A stretch of 64,000 nucleotides of DNA from Vicugna vicugna (Eukaryota). Both the position numbers and the translations under genes were made by a program. The stretch is from the NCBI GenBank assembly GCA_013265495.1, contig MU058384.1, positions 1,427,690 to 1,491,689 of the forward strand, in the 5' to 3' direction. Of the stretch, positions 26,501 to 38,148 are shown one piece after another; position 1 is the first letter of the stretch, and every line of letters begins with the position of its first letter. The notes beneath the pieces are model-generated. The model searched no databases. It was not told the origin of the DNA and was given only the letters and a program-made list of their open reading frames with translations.

Positions 26501-27280
26501 GGATTTGAACAGATTTTTATTCAAAGAGAAATGGCCAATAAGCATGTGAAAAGAGGGAAACACAAATCAAAACCACAATGAGATACTGCTTACGACTAGA
26601 AGGATGGCTATAATTACAAAGATGCATAATGACAAATACTGATGAGGATACAAAGAAATTGGAACTCTCATTCATTGCTGGTGGGAATGTAAAATGGCAT
26701 AGCTGCTTTGGAAAAGTTTGGCATTTACTCAAAAGTTAAATAGAGTTATCATGAAACCCAGAAAATCCACACCTAAATGCATACACAAAATAACTGACAA
26801 CATGTCCATGCAAAAACTTGTACTCCAATGCTCACAGCATCATTATTCATAATAGCAAAATATTAGAAAAAACAATGTTCATTAACTGATGAATGGATAA
26901 ATAAAATGTGGTGTATCCATGCAACAGAGTATTATTTAGCCATAAAAATGAATAAAGAACTGATACATGCTACGACATAGATGAACTTTGAAAACATTAT
27001 GCTAAGCGAAATAATCCAGACACAAAGCCAGGTACCGTACGGTTTCTTTTATATAAATAGGCAAATACATCAAGATAGAATGTGGCTTAGAGATTGGGGA
27101 GAATGGGGGGGAGGGTAAACGCTAATGGGTAGAGGTTTCTTTTGGGCACCAAAAACATTCTAGAATTAAACAGTGGTGATGAAAACACAACTTTGTTAAC
27201 ATAATAGAACCTGTTGAATTCTATACTTAAAGTGTGATTTTTATGGTTTATGAATTATACAGCAATAGAGGAGAAAAAAG
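23505..27280 (+). mobile_element. L1M (L1MB/MC-type) with internally deleted, stop-riddled ORF2 and 3'UTR
   Basis: A-rich ORF2 endonuclease and RT remnants (aataaattagataacctagatgaaatagacaaattcct; ttcactcgtaaattctaccaaatatttaaggaag) and a 3'UTR ending ttttatggtttatgaattatac...aaaaaa. Confidence 0.9.
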
Positions 27281-27598
27281 GTAAGTGTTGCTGCCTATTT
27301 AGGACAATCGTGAATTCTGCCATCTCTGCCCAAGGTCATCAACAATAATCCTGTGATGTCATTTTCTCTTATCTTACACTAGTCCACAATTCAGTGTACT
27401 TAGCCATCCTTCTTCACATGTTTTGGATCAGAATTTTAGGTATTTCATAATTTCATCGAATACATAGCTTCCATTTTTTTCTCACTCTTTTTGTGATTTT
27501 TCAATTGATTTTTGAGGAAAAATAGAAGAAAATGTATGTTTTTCTTCTCTCACATTTTAACAAATGTCTCAACTCTTTTCTTCCCTAATATTCTAAGG

Positions 27599-28080
27599 CA
27601 TTGGTTCTCAAATTTTTTGGTCTCAGGACCTCTGTCTGCTCTTAAAAATTATTAAAGACCTCAAAGAGTTTTTGTTTATATGTTATATGCTATGTACACC
27701 ATAGGAGAAATTCAAACTGATTATAAAAAATTATTTGTTCAAAAGAGCTCTAACATATCACCTGCTGATGTAATTTTATAAAAATAACTATATTTTTAAA
27801 AATAAAAAGTCATGAGAAAAGTGGCACTGGTTTATATTTCTACAAATATCTTAAATGTCTTGCATACAGAAGATTCTCCTATCTACTTCTCCATTTTATC
27901 TGTTGTAATCTCAAACATCTCATCAAGTCACTGGAAAACTCCAACAACTATTTATGAGACAATGAGTAAAAAGAATAAATAACACCTAGGTGTTACTGTG
28001 AAAATAGTTGTGACATCATGGACCTCAAAAATGGTCTTGAGGGCACCCAGGAGTCCCCAGATCACATTTGGGAAATGTTA
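27599..28080 (-). mobile_element. hAT-Charlie DNA transposon (Charlie4a-like)
   Basis: cattggttctcaaattttttggtctcaggacc...cttaaaaattattaaagacctcaaagag at one end and aaaatagttgtgacatcatggacc...gagtccccagatcacatttgggaaa at the other. About 480 bp. Subfamily from memory. Confidence 0.75.
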
Positions 28081-28714
28081 TTCTCAACTATGTTTATTAT
28101 ACTATATACTTCTTTTCAAGCCTATAAAATTTCATTCTCAAAATTCAGGGAGTTTGTGTCCTGCCTCCCTTTTGATTCCCCATCTCATGTTTCCATGTTT
28201 TCCTTATCTCCTTGGATACATCACAAAAGCAGGACAAATATCTCCCGAGAGTGAAATTCTCATTGTAATCAATCCTGCTAGCAGAAGGCATCTTGTCACC
28301 TATGCAAACCCTATGTCAGAAATAATCTTGGCATAACAAGAAACTGAGCTACCTTGGAGACTCTGCCAGGGGGATAAGATATCCTTTCATATTAAGCTTA
28401 AGCCTTCATCAGCTCCTGGGGTAGTATGTCAGACTCTGATATGTTCTCAGACACATCCTCTGCTCTACTGTTTTGGGTCTACTTCACCACTATCTGCTGC
28501 TCCCGATCTACTCTTCCCAGAAATATGGAGAAGAAAACAAAAAAAGCAAAACAGCTTCTTTCAAACATATTTCTTCTCTTCAGGCTCATTTTGCTTATTG
28601 CATCTCTTTCAAGAAAAAATACATTTGATCTAAAATACTTTAGGTTTGTGTGCCTTAATGGCATCCTTTCATACAACTACAAAGGGTGAGGGAAGAGAGA
28701 CTAGCATGTGCTGC

Positions 28715-28842
28715 TATCTCCCTATTTTCACTTGGCTATGAGAATACAAGCTCATAGGTAGTAGTGCCACATCTCAGCACCTAGAACAACATCTTGCATA
28801 TGGCATGTTGAATGTTTGTTGAATGACTAAGTGAATGAATGA
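28715..28842 (+). mobile_element. L2 3' end fragment
   Basis: ctcagcacctagaacaacatcttgcatatggcatgttgaatgtttgttgaatgactaagtgaatgaatgaa. Confidence 0.75.
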
Positions 28843-29574
28843 AGGTCTCCCATCACTAAAATTATGGTTATCCTTCCAAGTAAATGGTACAGCTTTCTGG
28901 CTTGTCTCTCTATCTTTTAGTCCAATGTGCTCTTCCCCCTTGCTAGTTGTTACTAAAAACAATCTGATAATGATTAATACAAATACAGATTTCTGCAGAG
29001 GAAAGAGGGTACTTTTATGAAGTTTCTTGGAGATGATATTTCCACTCCATGAAAATAAAATCTAATAATGAGGATAGCAATCACTGTAAGTGGCAAAGAT
29101 CATCTAGACAGGAAAGTTATTTCTTGTACATCATAAATCATGATAAAGAAAAAAATATCTAGTTCACCTCTGGGTAAAACTGTCACCGCCAAATCCTAAG
29201 TCTGAGAAATCTGATAGAGTTTCCTTTTCAGTTCCATTTTCCTCCTAACCCTTTTGTGGAATGTGTATCAAAAGTTCTGCAGTGACATTTCTCTTTAAAT
29301 ACCCTCTCTTCTCACTTTAATTTTCCTATGAGGACACCCTTGCCAGACCAAGAGCCAGGGGCTGATCCTCTCTATGCCACACTGACTGTAAATAATTTTT
29401 TATAATTCAGAGATTTTAGGAATATTTTAGGTGCCATATAGCCCAAAGTCTACCAGGATTATCTTTTGGTCTATTTATTTCCAAAGGGAAATAAGCAATG
29501 GCAACTTAAATTTATATTTAGCACACTAGGGCACACACACACTTGATTTTGATAACTGTTATGTTTACATTTGG

Positions 29575-30085
29575 AAGCAGTGAAATGTAGTGGAAATAGT
29601 AAAGGCATCTTGGATCAGAGGCCTGAGATTCACCTTGAGTTTAAGTCTTACCAGCCCTTCATACGTAAGTAATTTATTCAGCACCCTCGATTCTCAATTT
29701 CCTCTTTGGTGAAGTGTATGTAACAATAATAATACTATCTCACAGTAATACTGAAAGGTTTGAAGGGAATAAAAAAATGTGAACAGGCCATGTAAACTCT
29801 AAAGCATCTTATAGATCTGAGCTGGGATTAGTCATTGGTGACCTTACTTCTGCTGTACCATCAGAGATGGATGATGTTCATACACACAATGCTCTCCCAA
29901 GTTCAGGCTTCAGTATTGGGCAGAACTGCCTGAGAATCCTTGCTCTGCCATATATTTAGTTTCTCTAAGTTTTCATTTCCTATCTAAAGCATGGAGAAAA
30001 TAATAACACTTAATTCATAAGTTTTGGTGAGAAATAAATGAAACAATGTATATAATACATAGGAATTGGCACATAATAATGACCT
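29575..30085 (+). mobile_element. Two adjacent MIR SINEs (~29575-29815 and ~29915-30085)
   Basis: gcagtgaaatgtagtggaaatag... ctcaattttcctctttggtgaag and ctctaagttttcatttcctatctaaagcatggagaaaataata. Confidence 0.7.
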
Positions 30086-31125
30086 TAACTTTAAGCACAC
30101 TGCCTGTAATTTCACCCATTCTCTCCTACTCATCAAAAAGAAAAAGAAAAAAGAAATTATAACAATAACAAACAAGCAAAACAAACCACAATAAAAATGG
30201 GGCTAATAACTTTTTTTGATATACCATTGAATCCACCTGATTTATTCTTTATTGGATCAGTCCCAAATTAGGCACTTTACTCTTTAAAAATATTAATTCC
30301 AGTGCATCTCTTGAGATCAACTTTTATATACGAATTTTATATCCTGACTGTGAACCATCAGTGGTCCCTGAATTATATGTCCTTGACTAATAAAAGAGTT
30401 ATTAAATGTGCCTTAAGTTCTATCTGTAGACCAAATATATAAAAATAAAACTATCATTAAATGGGAGTTCACCATATATTTTAACAATTAACATGTTAGA
30501 ACATTAAAATATGAAAAGACTTGGAAGCAATACCTTTCAGAAAATTTCCAAATGACTAGAACCATAACCAACTAATTTGCATGATCAAAATCCTAACACA
30601 GCTGTAGGCAGGGGGAATACTTAATCAGGACTGCTTGATGATGGTTTGCTAGAATAATGTGAGGTGAGAACAAAAGTAGGAATCTGAAAATCAGAGGTGA
30701 TGAATTCTGACCTAGGTGTCTTTTTGGTAAGCTTTACGATTCTCTAAAATTTTGAATTCTTGATTGAAACAGCCTCAACCTAAACTCCTCCTGCTTAGAA
30801 TCATGATTGTCAAGGTGCTGCTAATGGACCAGTGGACAGATGCTCAGCTGAATATTCATTTTCATGATAGGATATTACGATACAAATGAGATAGGCAGAA
30901 GCCAGTCTGAAGATGCCATATAGGTGACAGCCGAGTCAGCTATGTATTACTACATCTGCACAACACACGTTGGTTTGACTGCAGTTAAAAACAAGAAGAG
31001 GAGAGTCAAAGAAAGTATTACAGGAGAATTTTTCTATGTGTCTAAATAACTAGTCTTATTAAAATTTTCTCTTTTTTTTTAAATCAATTGTCTGTATTTC
31101 ATTGAATGAGATTCAAAACAATCTC

Positions 31126-31150
31126 TGTGTGTGTGTGTGTGTGTGTGTGT
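31126..31150. repeat. (TG)n microsatellite
   Basis: Read directly. Confidence 0.92.
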
Positions 31151-31514
31151 ATCTGAAATCCTATATAAATCTAAAATTCTGAAGTTTGTGAAACTGGACA
31201 AGTGATAAGACCACCACAAGAGAAGTTGGAGGAGAATATATTACAAACAAAAAGAACAGATGGACAAAGCTGAGTCAAAACTTGACTAAGTTATATGAAC
31301 TAGCTCTTATTCACAGTGAATTTCTGATGCCTCATCCAGCCGTTGTTTTCAAGAGTCAAAAACTTTTGAATGGTGGCCAGAATTAGATCTTATTCCAAAC
31401 CAAAAGAACCAAACTCTGTCCCATCTCAGCCAAAAATTTTTATTTTGTCAAATAACAGCAGATTGAAAATGTCAGCAAAACGTAACTTTCCTAGCATCAG
31501 CCCCACTTGACACT

Positions 31515-31695
31515 GAAGCGTCACCACAACTTAGTGAAGTAAGGGTTAGTGTTACCCCCGTCTTATACACGAATAAGCCAGAGAACGGAGAACAAAGTGC
31601 CTACGGTTACACATCTCCTAAGTGTCAGATCTGAGATTTGAAGCCAGAGAGGCTCACAAGCACACCTGCATTCTTAATCCCCATTTCTACACTTC
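31515..31695 (-). mobile_element. MIR SINE
   Basis: tcaccacaacttagtgaagtaagg...ccccgtcttatacacgaataagccagag...gatctgagatttgaagccag. Confidence 0.65.
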
Positions 31696-33054
31696 TTCCA
31701 AGAAGAAAGGACTCAGCAAGAGACTCCTTGGTAGATGTACACATATTCATGTCACTACAATTGCCTGAGAAAGGTTTGGAACTCTTTTCGGAATTATATT
31801 CGTGGTGCTTTACCAGGTCTATTTCTATCTCTACCTACCTTTATATCTACCTATCCATCTACCTATCATCCATAACAAAGCCTCATTATTTTCTTGTCGC
31901 AAAGAAGTGAAAGTTCCCTTTTTCTGCTTCTTTTTTATCTTCCCTTTCTCATTTTGGTTCACTTACCTCCATAGCAAAGAGGCTAATGAAAAAATGAAGT
32001 AGGGAAAGGTAACACAGCATAAAAGAAGTTGTGGGCTCAACTCAAGGCAGGAAGCTGGAAAGGCCAGAGCTTGGCTCCTTGCCTGCTGAACACGCTGGCA
32101 CCACATGGATGTGATTAGTTGAGTATACTGAATGAGAATATGTGGAGACCACACCAAGTCAATGATTAATACTCCGTAATGTCACGTGATTAAGTGCTGA
32201 TATGTATAGAAAAGGAAAAAAAGTGAGTCCAGAGCTTAGAGAAAGATCCATGTTAGAACTTCTCTATCATAAGTGGAAATTAAGCTGGATCTTACAGGAA
32301 TAGGGGACATAAAGATAACCAGAGAAAATGGAAGTGGGAATTCTCACCATAAAGAATATGATGAGCAGCGAGTGGTCAGGAGGCCTGGATCAGCACGATA
32401 CATTCACAAAACACCAAGGAGCAACCATGCACTAGAATGTCCTCGGTATCTTGTTGGAAGTGGAGATAAAGCTAGAAGTGGAAGATAAATTATGAAAATC
32501 TGGTTAGAACTGCATTATTTAGTGTCAAATATTCAAATATAAGCATTTTACACTTCATTTTGTAAGCATATCAGTGTAATGAATGATATTTCATGCAAAC
32601 TGAATTAGTGTAGGGGAAACCAGAGTGTAGAGTCAATTACAAAATACTTTTACACTGAAGATGTGAGAGAGCAAAGATCTTGAATACGGTGTTGGCAATG
32701 GGTGTATAGAGAGCCCGACAGTGAGGAAATGTTGAAAGAATCTGCAGGACTTTGTAGCAGATGACACATGGGCAGTGAGGAAGTACAAGGATTCAAAAAT
32801 AACTTCAAAACTAAGAGAGTGAATATCTGGTGAAAAATAATTATGTCTTTTATGAGCCCTAAGAAAAAGAAAAAAAGTTGGCAATTTTGACAAGAAAGGA
32901 AAAAAATTCATGTGGAATTGACTAATGTACAGTCGGAAATCCAGCACCATGCCTGAGTGAGAGGTTGCTGACTGAGCTTCAGCTTTGGAAGATAGCTTCA
33001 TAAAGGTACATATTATATTTGGATGAATGATGGGTCCTTCAAGAACAGTCGAGA

Positions 33055-34225
33055 ATTTTGCTTCTGATCATGATGGATTAACAGGAACCAGATTTACACC
33101 CCTAACTTAAACAACTAAAAAATATGAAACAGGAATTTTGAAACACTCAGCAGCACACATTTCAAGGAAGGAAACAAATGAAGTGAGCCCTACAATTGCC
33201 CCCACATTTCTGTCTGCAGGAAGGCCAAATGGGCTAGAATCTGTAGGGCAGAGTATCAGAGAGGAAGGGCACAGAGAGATTGCTCCAGGGACTGCACGGA
33301 GAGCCAAACGAGTCTCTCTCTCAGTACTGAGCTGCATACGCAGGAGCAGAAACTACCAAAGGCTGAAGAAAAATCCACTGGAAATCAGTAGACAAAATGA
33401 CCCCCAGAGATCAGACAAAACAGGGACTGGTTCACGTTCCCACCAGCCAATGTAGAAAGGCAGAGAGCAGTGAGCATAGTTTTGGGAACTTAGTAGTGGC
33501 CTTAGACTATTAGAATATTGGTCTTAGACTTAAGGCTGCTCAAGACTTCACCCCACCTACCCCCCAGGAAGTTTAAATGCAGCCTAAAACTATCTAATTG
33601 ATTGCAGGTGAATGTGCACCAGGAAAAGTCCAAAACAAACAGACATCCAGCATCCATTACCATAATAGTCACAATATTTGATAGCCAATGAAAATCTGCC
33701 ATATCTGAAAAAAGGTGGGAAAATAATGACCAATGAAAAAAATCAATAGAAATATACACAAATGTGATACAGGTAATAAAATTAATAGGCCAGGAATATA
33801 TGAATATTAAAGAAGGTAGAAAAAAGCATGAACATGATAAGGTGAAAAATGGAAGAGATTTTCAAAAGTAAATCCCTATGCACGTATGAGTGTACGAGGT
33901 ATATAAGAAACCTCTGTGTTTCTGCTCAATATTGCTGTCACCTAAAACAGCTCTAAAAAAAACTATTAAAAACACAAAAGTAAAAATAAAAATAAACCCC
34001 AAATTTCAAGAGGTGAAAAATACAATATTTGAAATAAATAAGGTTGGGATTTACTAGCCGATTAAATATTATAGAAGAAATGATTAATAAACACTAAATA
34101 CTGTATGATTTAATTAATATGAAATTTTGTAACAGGTAAAACACTAGACACAGAAAACTGATTGATATATATATATATATATATGTAAATTATATACAAA
34201 TTATTTCTCAATAAAGCAAAGAGAA
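33055..34225 (+). mobile_element. L1M fragments (5' UTR/ORF1-region piece plus short 3'UTR pieces)
   Basis: gaaacaaatgaagtgagccctacaattgcccc and cctctgtgtttctgctcaatattgctgtcacctaaaacagctctaaaaaa are old L1M motifs. Confidence 0.7.
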
Positions 34226-34382
34226 AGAAATAGATGGCCAAGGACTATGCCTTGAAGAACGTCCACAGTTAAAAGGATGTAAGGGAAAGGGAACAACAGC
34301 CCACCAAAGGATAAAGAGGGGTCTGAGAAGCAGAAAGGAAATGAGAACTGCCTCATGAGCCAAAGATGAGGTAATATAGAAA

Positions 34383-35016
34383 GCTGGTTCTTATGGGGTT
34401 ATCACACCACCAACAAAGGCGTATTTTAGAAATTTTCGGTTGACAACGATACTGGAGGATATTTTTACATTGTATTGTGCTGGGTGTAGAGTGTGGAATG
34501 CTGTTCATCTCGCAATGCAGGAGACAGTCCCATATAATGAAGAACTGTTTTGCAACAAACAAACTTTGGAATGACTCATAGACATTCTTACAGGTAAAAA
34601 AAAAAAAAAGTTAAAAACTTTCAGCCTAGGACCTAATTTATTTGCATGGTTTTAAATATACTGAATTTTCTAGAACTGCAACTACTGTGTTGTTCTTTAT
34701 TTTGCTTTATTTGAATTTTTATCAAACCTTGTTCATCAGTTCGTAAGTTCATATTTGTTAAGGTAGTGCTAGTCATGATATTTAAATGACATTTGTATCT
34801 ATTGTATTAATGGTGATTTTATATATTGATACATATTATTTTGTTAGAAATAACTTTAATTCTCATTGATATACAATTAAGGTGTTATGTTAAATTATTC
34901 AAATTATGTGAGTAGGAAAATTGTGTTGTCAAATTATTTCATTTCAGGATGATAGGGCAGCATTACAAGCATCTGTTTTAAAAGGAATTGAGGGTGTGAC
35001 AGGATTGAGAATGATT
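34383..35016 (+). mobile_element. MER20B (hAT-Charlie)
   Basis: gcaatgcaggagacagtcccatataatgaagaactg, atatactgaattttctagaactgcaactactgtgt and atttcatttcaggat...gggtgtgacaggattgagaat follow the MER20B consensus in order. Confidence 0.8.
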
Positions 35017-36569
35017 ATTTGAAGAGTTGAATTTCAAAAAGGCAATGAGAAGAATAAGGACTTAGTAGATTGCCACAAGAAGTTTTGTCAATTGGAAGTT
35101 AGTCAAAAATTAGAAGAATGGGCACATGGTGAGAAATGGAGGCAGAGAATATATACAACATGTACTTAAAAGTCCTGGCAGTAGAAGAGAGGCAATAAGC
35201 AGAATTGTTAGAGTACGCAACAGAGTCAGTGAAGAATTGTCCAGCTGAGTGAACTTGTGTATCCAAAGGAGAGGATATCCATGGAAAAGTAAGAAGTAAA
35301 GATGAGGAAAGCCAGAGAAAGTGCCAGAAAATAGAGAGAACAAGGTTTGTCCTAAGCTAACGAGAATGAGAGATATTCCTCAGGTTGAAGATTTAGCTTC
35401 AAGCTGGCGGCAGGCTGTCCACGTAGAAACACAGAAGGTGGCCCACTACACGAGGAGATGTGATTTGAGGACTGTTGCCTCTTAAATTCCTGAGTCATTT
35501 TCAATAGTGCATGACAGCCCATAATTATGAATATGTTTCTTTGGCATGTTAATTCTTTCTCCTATTTAAAAAATAAAAATAAAAACACTTGTATTGAGAG
35601 AAATAGCATATTGAGCCTAAAAGATCTTACAATTCCATGTTTATTAGGCTCTTCTCTGAGTTAAGATTTTGATTGAGGTATGTAGCAGTTGTGTAGGGAT
35701 CCAGGACTTCTGAGATGGAATGGGGGAAACCTGAGGGCTAAAAAGGACACAAGCCTAAAGCCAGCTCTCAGTGACCCTACCACTTAGTGTAGGAAAGTCA
35801 GCGAGGGGCCCTCTTCTGGCACTGGACAGGGCAGCTGGGAGTACAAGGGTAGGGGTTGGAAATGAGTGTTGAGGTGAAAATGAGGGATCCCATGTCAGAT
35901 GATGTCATTGTTCTCATTAAGATGTAAGAGGAGATCATTAACTAATTTTGAGGACTTGAAAAGAGAAAATGCCTAGAATGGCTCCTAGAAGTCTCAAAGA
36001 GATGACAAGCAGTGTCAGGGAGCAAGTGTGACTGCTCCATTGTAATTGGAGTCCCTGATGTTGCAGATGGCCAGAGCTGCACCGGTCTCGACATCTTCCT
36101 AGAAAGCAAAAAGGCAAGCAAAGAGTAGGGGTGGGATAGGTATGGTGAACACAGCAGAGGTTTGGCAGGTCTTAGAAATCAATCCTGAAGATTAGCATGA
36201 AGGTGAAAAAGACAGTGGGAGCTGCCAGAAAATACATTGCGATGGTCTTCAAAAGACAAATGGCAGTCTCAGGTGTAAAACTCATCACCTATTTGACGTA
36301 CAACAAGCCACCAGTATCATCGCTTCTAGAAGTAAAGTTTTATTACTGATTTGACCATGAAGTCTGTCCAGGGAAGGAAATCTAAATACAGAGAATGGGG
36401 CTGACAATTCAGTTAAAACAAAAGCAGATAAAGGCCTAGAAGTTTCGGTGAGGACAGATGGAGAATTCACTTAGCAAGGGGGAAGAGGAGAGATGGCAGG
36501 ATGATTACTTCTTCACAGCATCTCCCTTGCACTCTTTATTTTTTTTTTTCCCCTTCCATTCTTTTGCCA

Positions 36570-36790
36570 GGCAGTCTGGGAATGTGATGAAGAGTGAATA
36601 GTTTGGGAGTTTACATTCCTGCTCATCTCTCTTATCAACTTTGTGACTCTGGGCAAGTTACTTATCTCTCTGGGCTTGAGTTTCCTCGTCTGTTAGGCAG
36701 GGATGATAGTAGGACAACTACCTATACATTCTGTGTTACATGATACAGCACATGTAAGACACTGAAGAGGACTCGTGCCCCAGACATAAT
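36570..36790 (+). mobile_element. MIR SINE, near full length
   Basis: ttgtgactctgggcaagttacttatctctctgggcttgagtttcctcgtctgttaggcagggatgatag. Confidence 0.85.
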
Positions 36791-36964
36791 TGTTCCCTTT
36801 CTCTGCTCTGTTTTCAAAAAAAAAAAATTAGCTCAAAATTCACTTTTTTTCTGAATTCCTGTAGTATTTTTGTTTAGGCTGCCAAAGTTAGCCATGAAAC
36901 AAAATGCTCCATTGCCTTTGTTCCTGGAAGTATGTGTTTATGCATGTCTGTCTGTCTATCTGTC

Positions 36965-37100
36965 CACCTGCTCATCTTATCTCCTTTACCAGACTGCAAG
37001 TTTTTGAAGAGTAGAAAGATATGTGTTAGATTCCTTGTGTATCCCTTTCAGCTTCTAGAATATACTATTGCATTCAGCAAATAGTTGTTAAATAAATGAG
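36965..37100 (+). mobile_element. L2 3' end
   Basis: accagactgcaagtttttgaagagtagaaag...cattcagcaaatagttgttaaataaatga. Confidence 0.7.
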
Positions 37101-37440
37101 ATTGTAAGTCCTCGGGGGGGGGGGGACCAGCTTCCCTGTGCTCTGTATCAATTACACAGCTTAGGAAGAGGCAGGTGTAGAATAATTTAGCTAGGGCTTG
37201 GGTGTTTTTGTTTGTTTCCAGTTGGTCTGTGACTATACATAGATTCAATCATAATGAAGCTGACAAAGGAGAGATGACATTTTGGAAACAGAAAAGGAAT
37301 TTTGGATATTACAGCCCAACATTTGTCACCTTCCTGGCTGATAGCAGCACACGTTCATTCGCTCCCTTTGGCTAAATTTGGATCAAATGCTGGCTGAGTG
37401 CACGAAGCAAGCCAGAACTGCATTGTACCTCTATTTTGTG

Positions 37441-37515
37441 ACATATGAGCTCCCTGCTTTAATCTCCCCTCTACTGTATAAAAGAGGATCTGAGGCAGTT
37501 AGACTTCAATCCGGT
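37441..37515 (+). promoter_or_regulatory. Candidate TATA+Inr core promoter (P1)
   Basis: TATAAAAG at 37477-37484 and Inr-consensus TCAATCC with A at 37508, 31 nt from the first T of the TATA. E-box CATATG at 37442-37447. Confidence 0.55.
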
Positions 37516-37733
37516 GATTCATGCAGCTGGCACACAATAGATTCCACCTCTCTCCTCACTGCTGCACAATATCAAGCTAAACAAAATGTCTTAGAAAGCT
37601 TCAGTACATGTAGTTAGCCTGTCACAGATCCCCCTCCCCACACACGCACACACTCTCTCTCTCCTTTTTTTCATCTGCTGAGCAAAAGAGCCCGAATGCC
37701 CAGCACCTGCCTTTTACTGACATTTCCACAAAG
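37508..37733 (+). other. Candidate non-coding first exon (P1) of an unidentified gene
   Basis: Runs from the Inr to donor AAG|GTAAAG (intron starts 37734), in repeat-free sequence. Confidence 0.4.
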
Positions 37734-37979
37734 GTAAAGGAATGAACCTTTTGTCAATTCCAACCAAACGATCTGTTTTGAAACAATGAGATGAAAAGCC
37801 TGGGCCCCTCTCCTTGCTACTGGATTACAGTGCAGAGGCTGAAAATAAAGGACACTTGATTTTATTGATTTAATGAGGGATGGAGGCTTTTGCCAGAGCA
37901 TCCCTCGTGGCAGAGGAACAAGTCTTGTTGGCAGGTACCTCCACTGAGGCACTTCTCTTCCATTTGTTTGGTTTTGCAG

Positions 37980-38148
37980 TGGTGCTTGTTTATGGGTTTG
38001 GCTGTTATGATGACCCACAGTGTTCCTTCCCGTGCTGCATGAAGCCGTCAGATGCCTGCAGTGATTTCCACGTGTGTCTCTAGACAGGGAGACGCAGACG
38101 CGGAGGGGAGGCAGCACAGTTCTGCAGGATAAAGAGCTGCAGGAAGAG
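37980..38148 (+). other. Candidate internal exon
   Basis: Acceptor ttctcttccatttgtttggttttgcag| at 37979 and a weak donor GAG|GTGACA at 38149. Locally retained CpGs. Confidence 0.25.

Larger units (their letters stand above)
32150..36300 (-). mobile_element. Long fragmented L2 (pieces ~32150-33050, 34230-34380, 35020-36300) interrupted by L1M and MER20B
   Basis: Purine-rich antisense L2 motifs, e.g. aatcgtaagagatcttgaatacggtgttggcaatggg-like text and gccttgaagaacgtccacagttaaaagg. The far boundary is uncertain. Confidence 0.55.
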
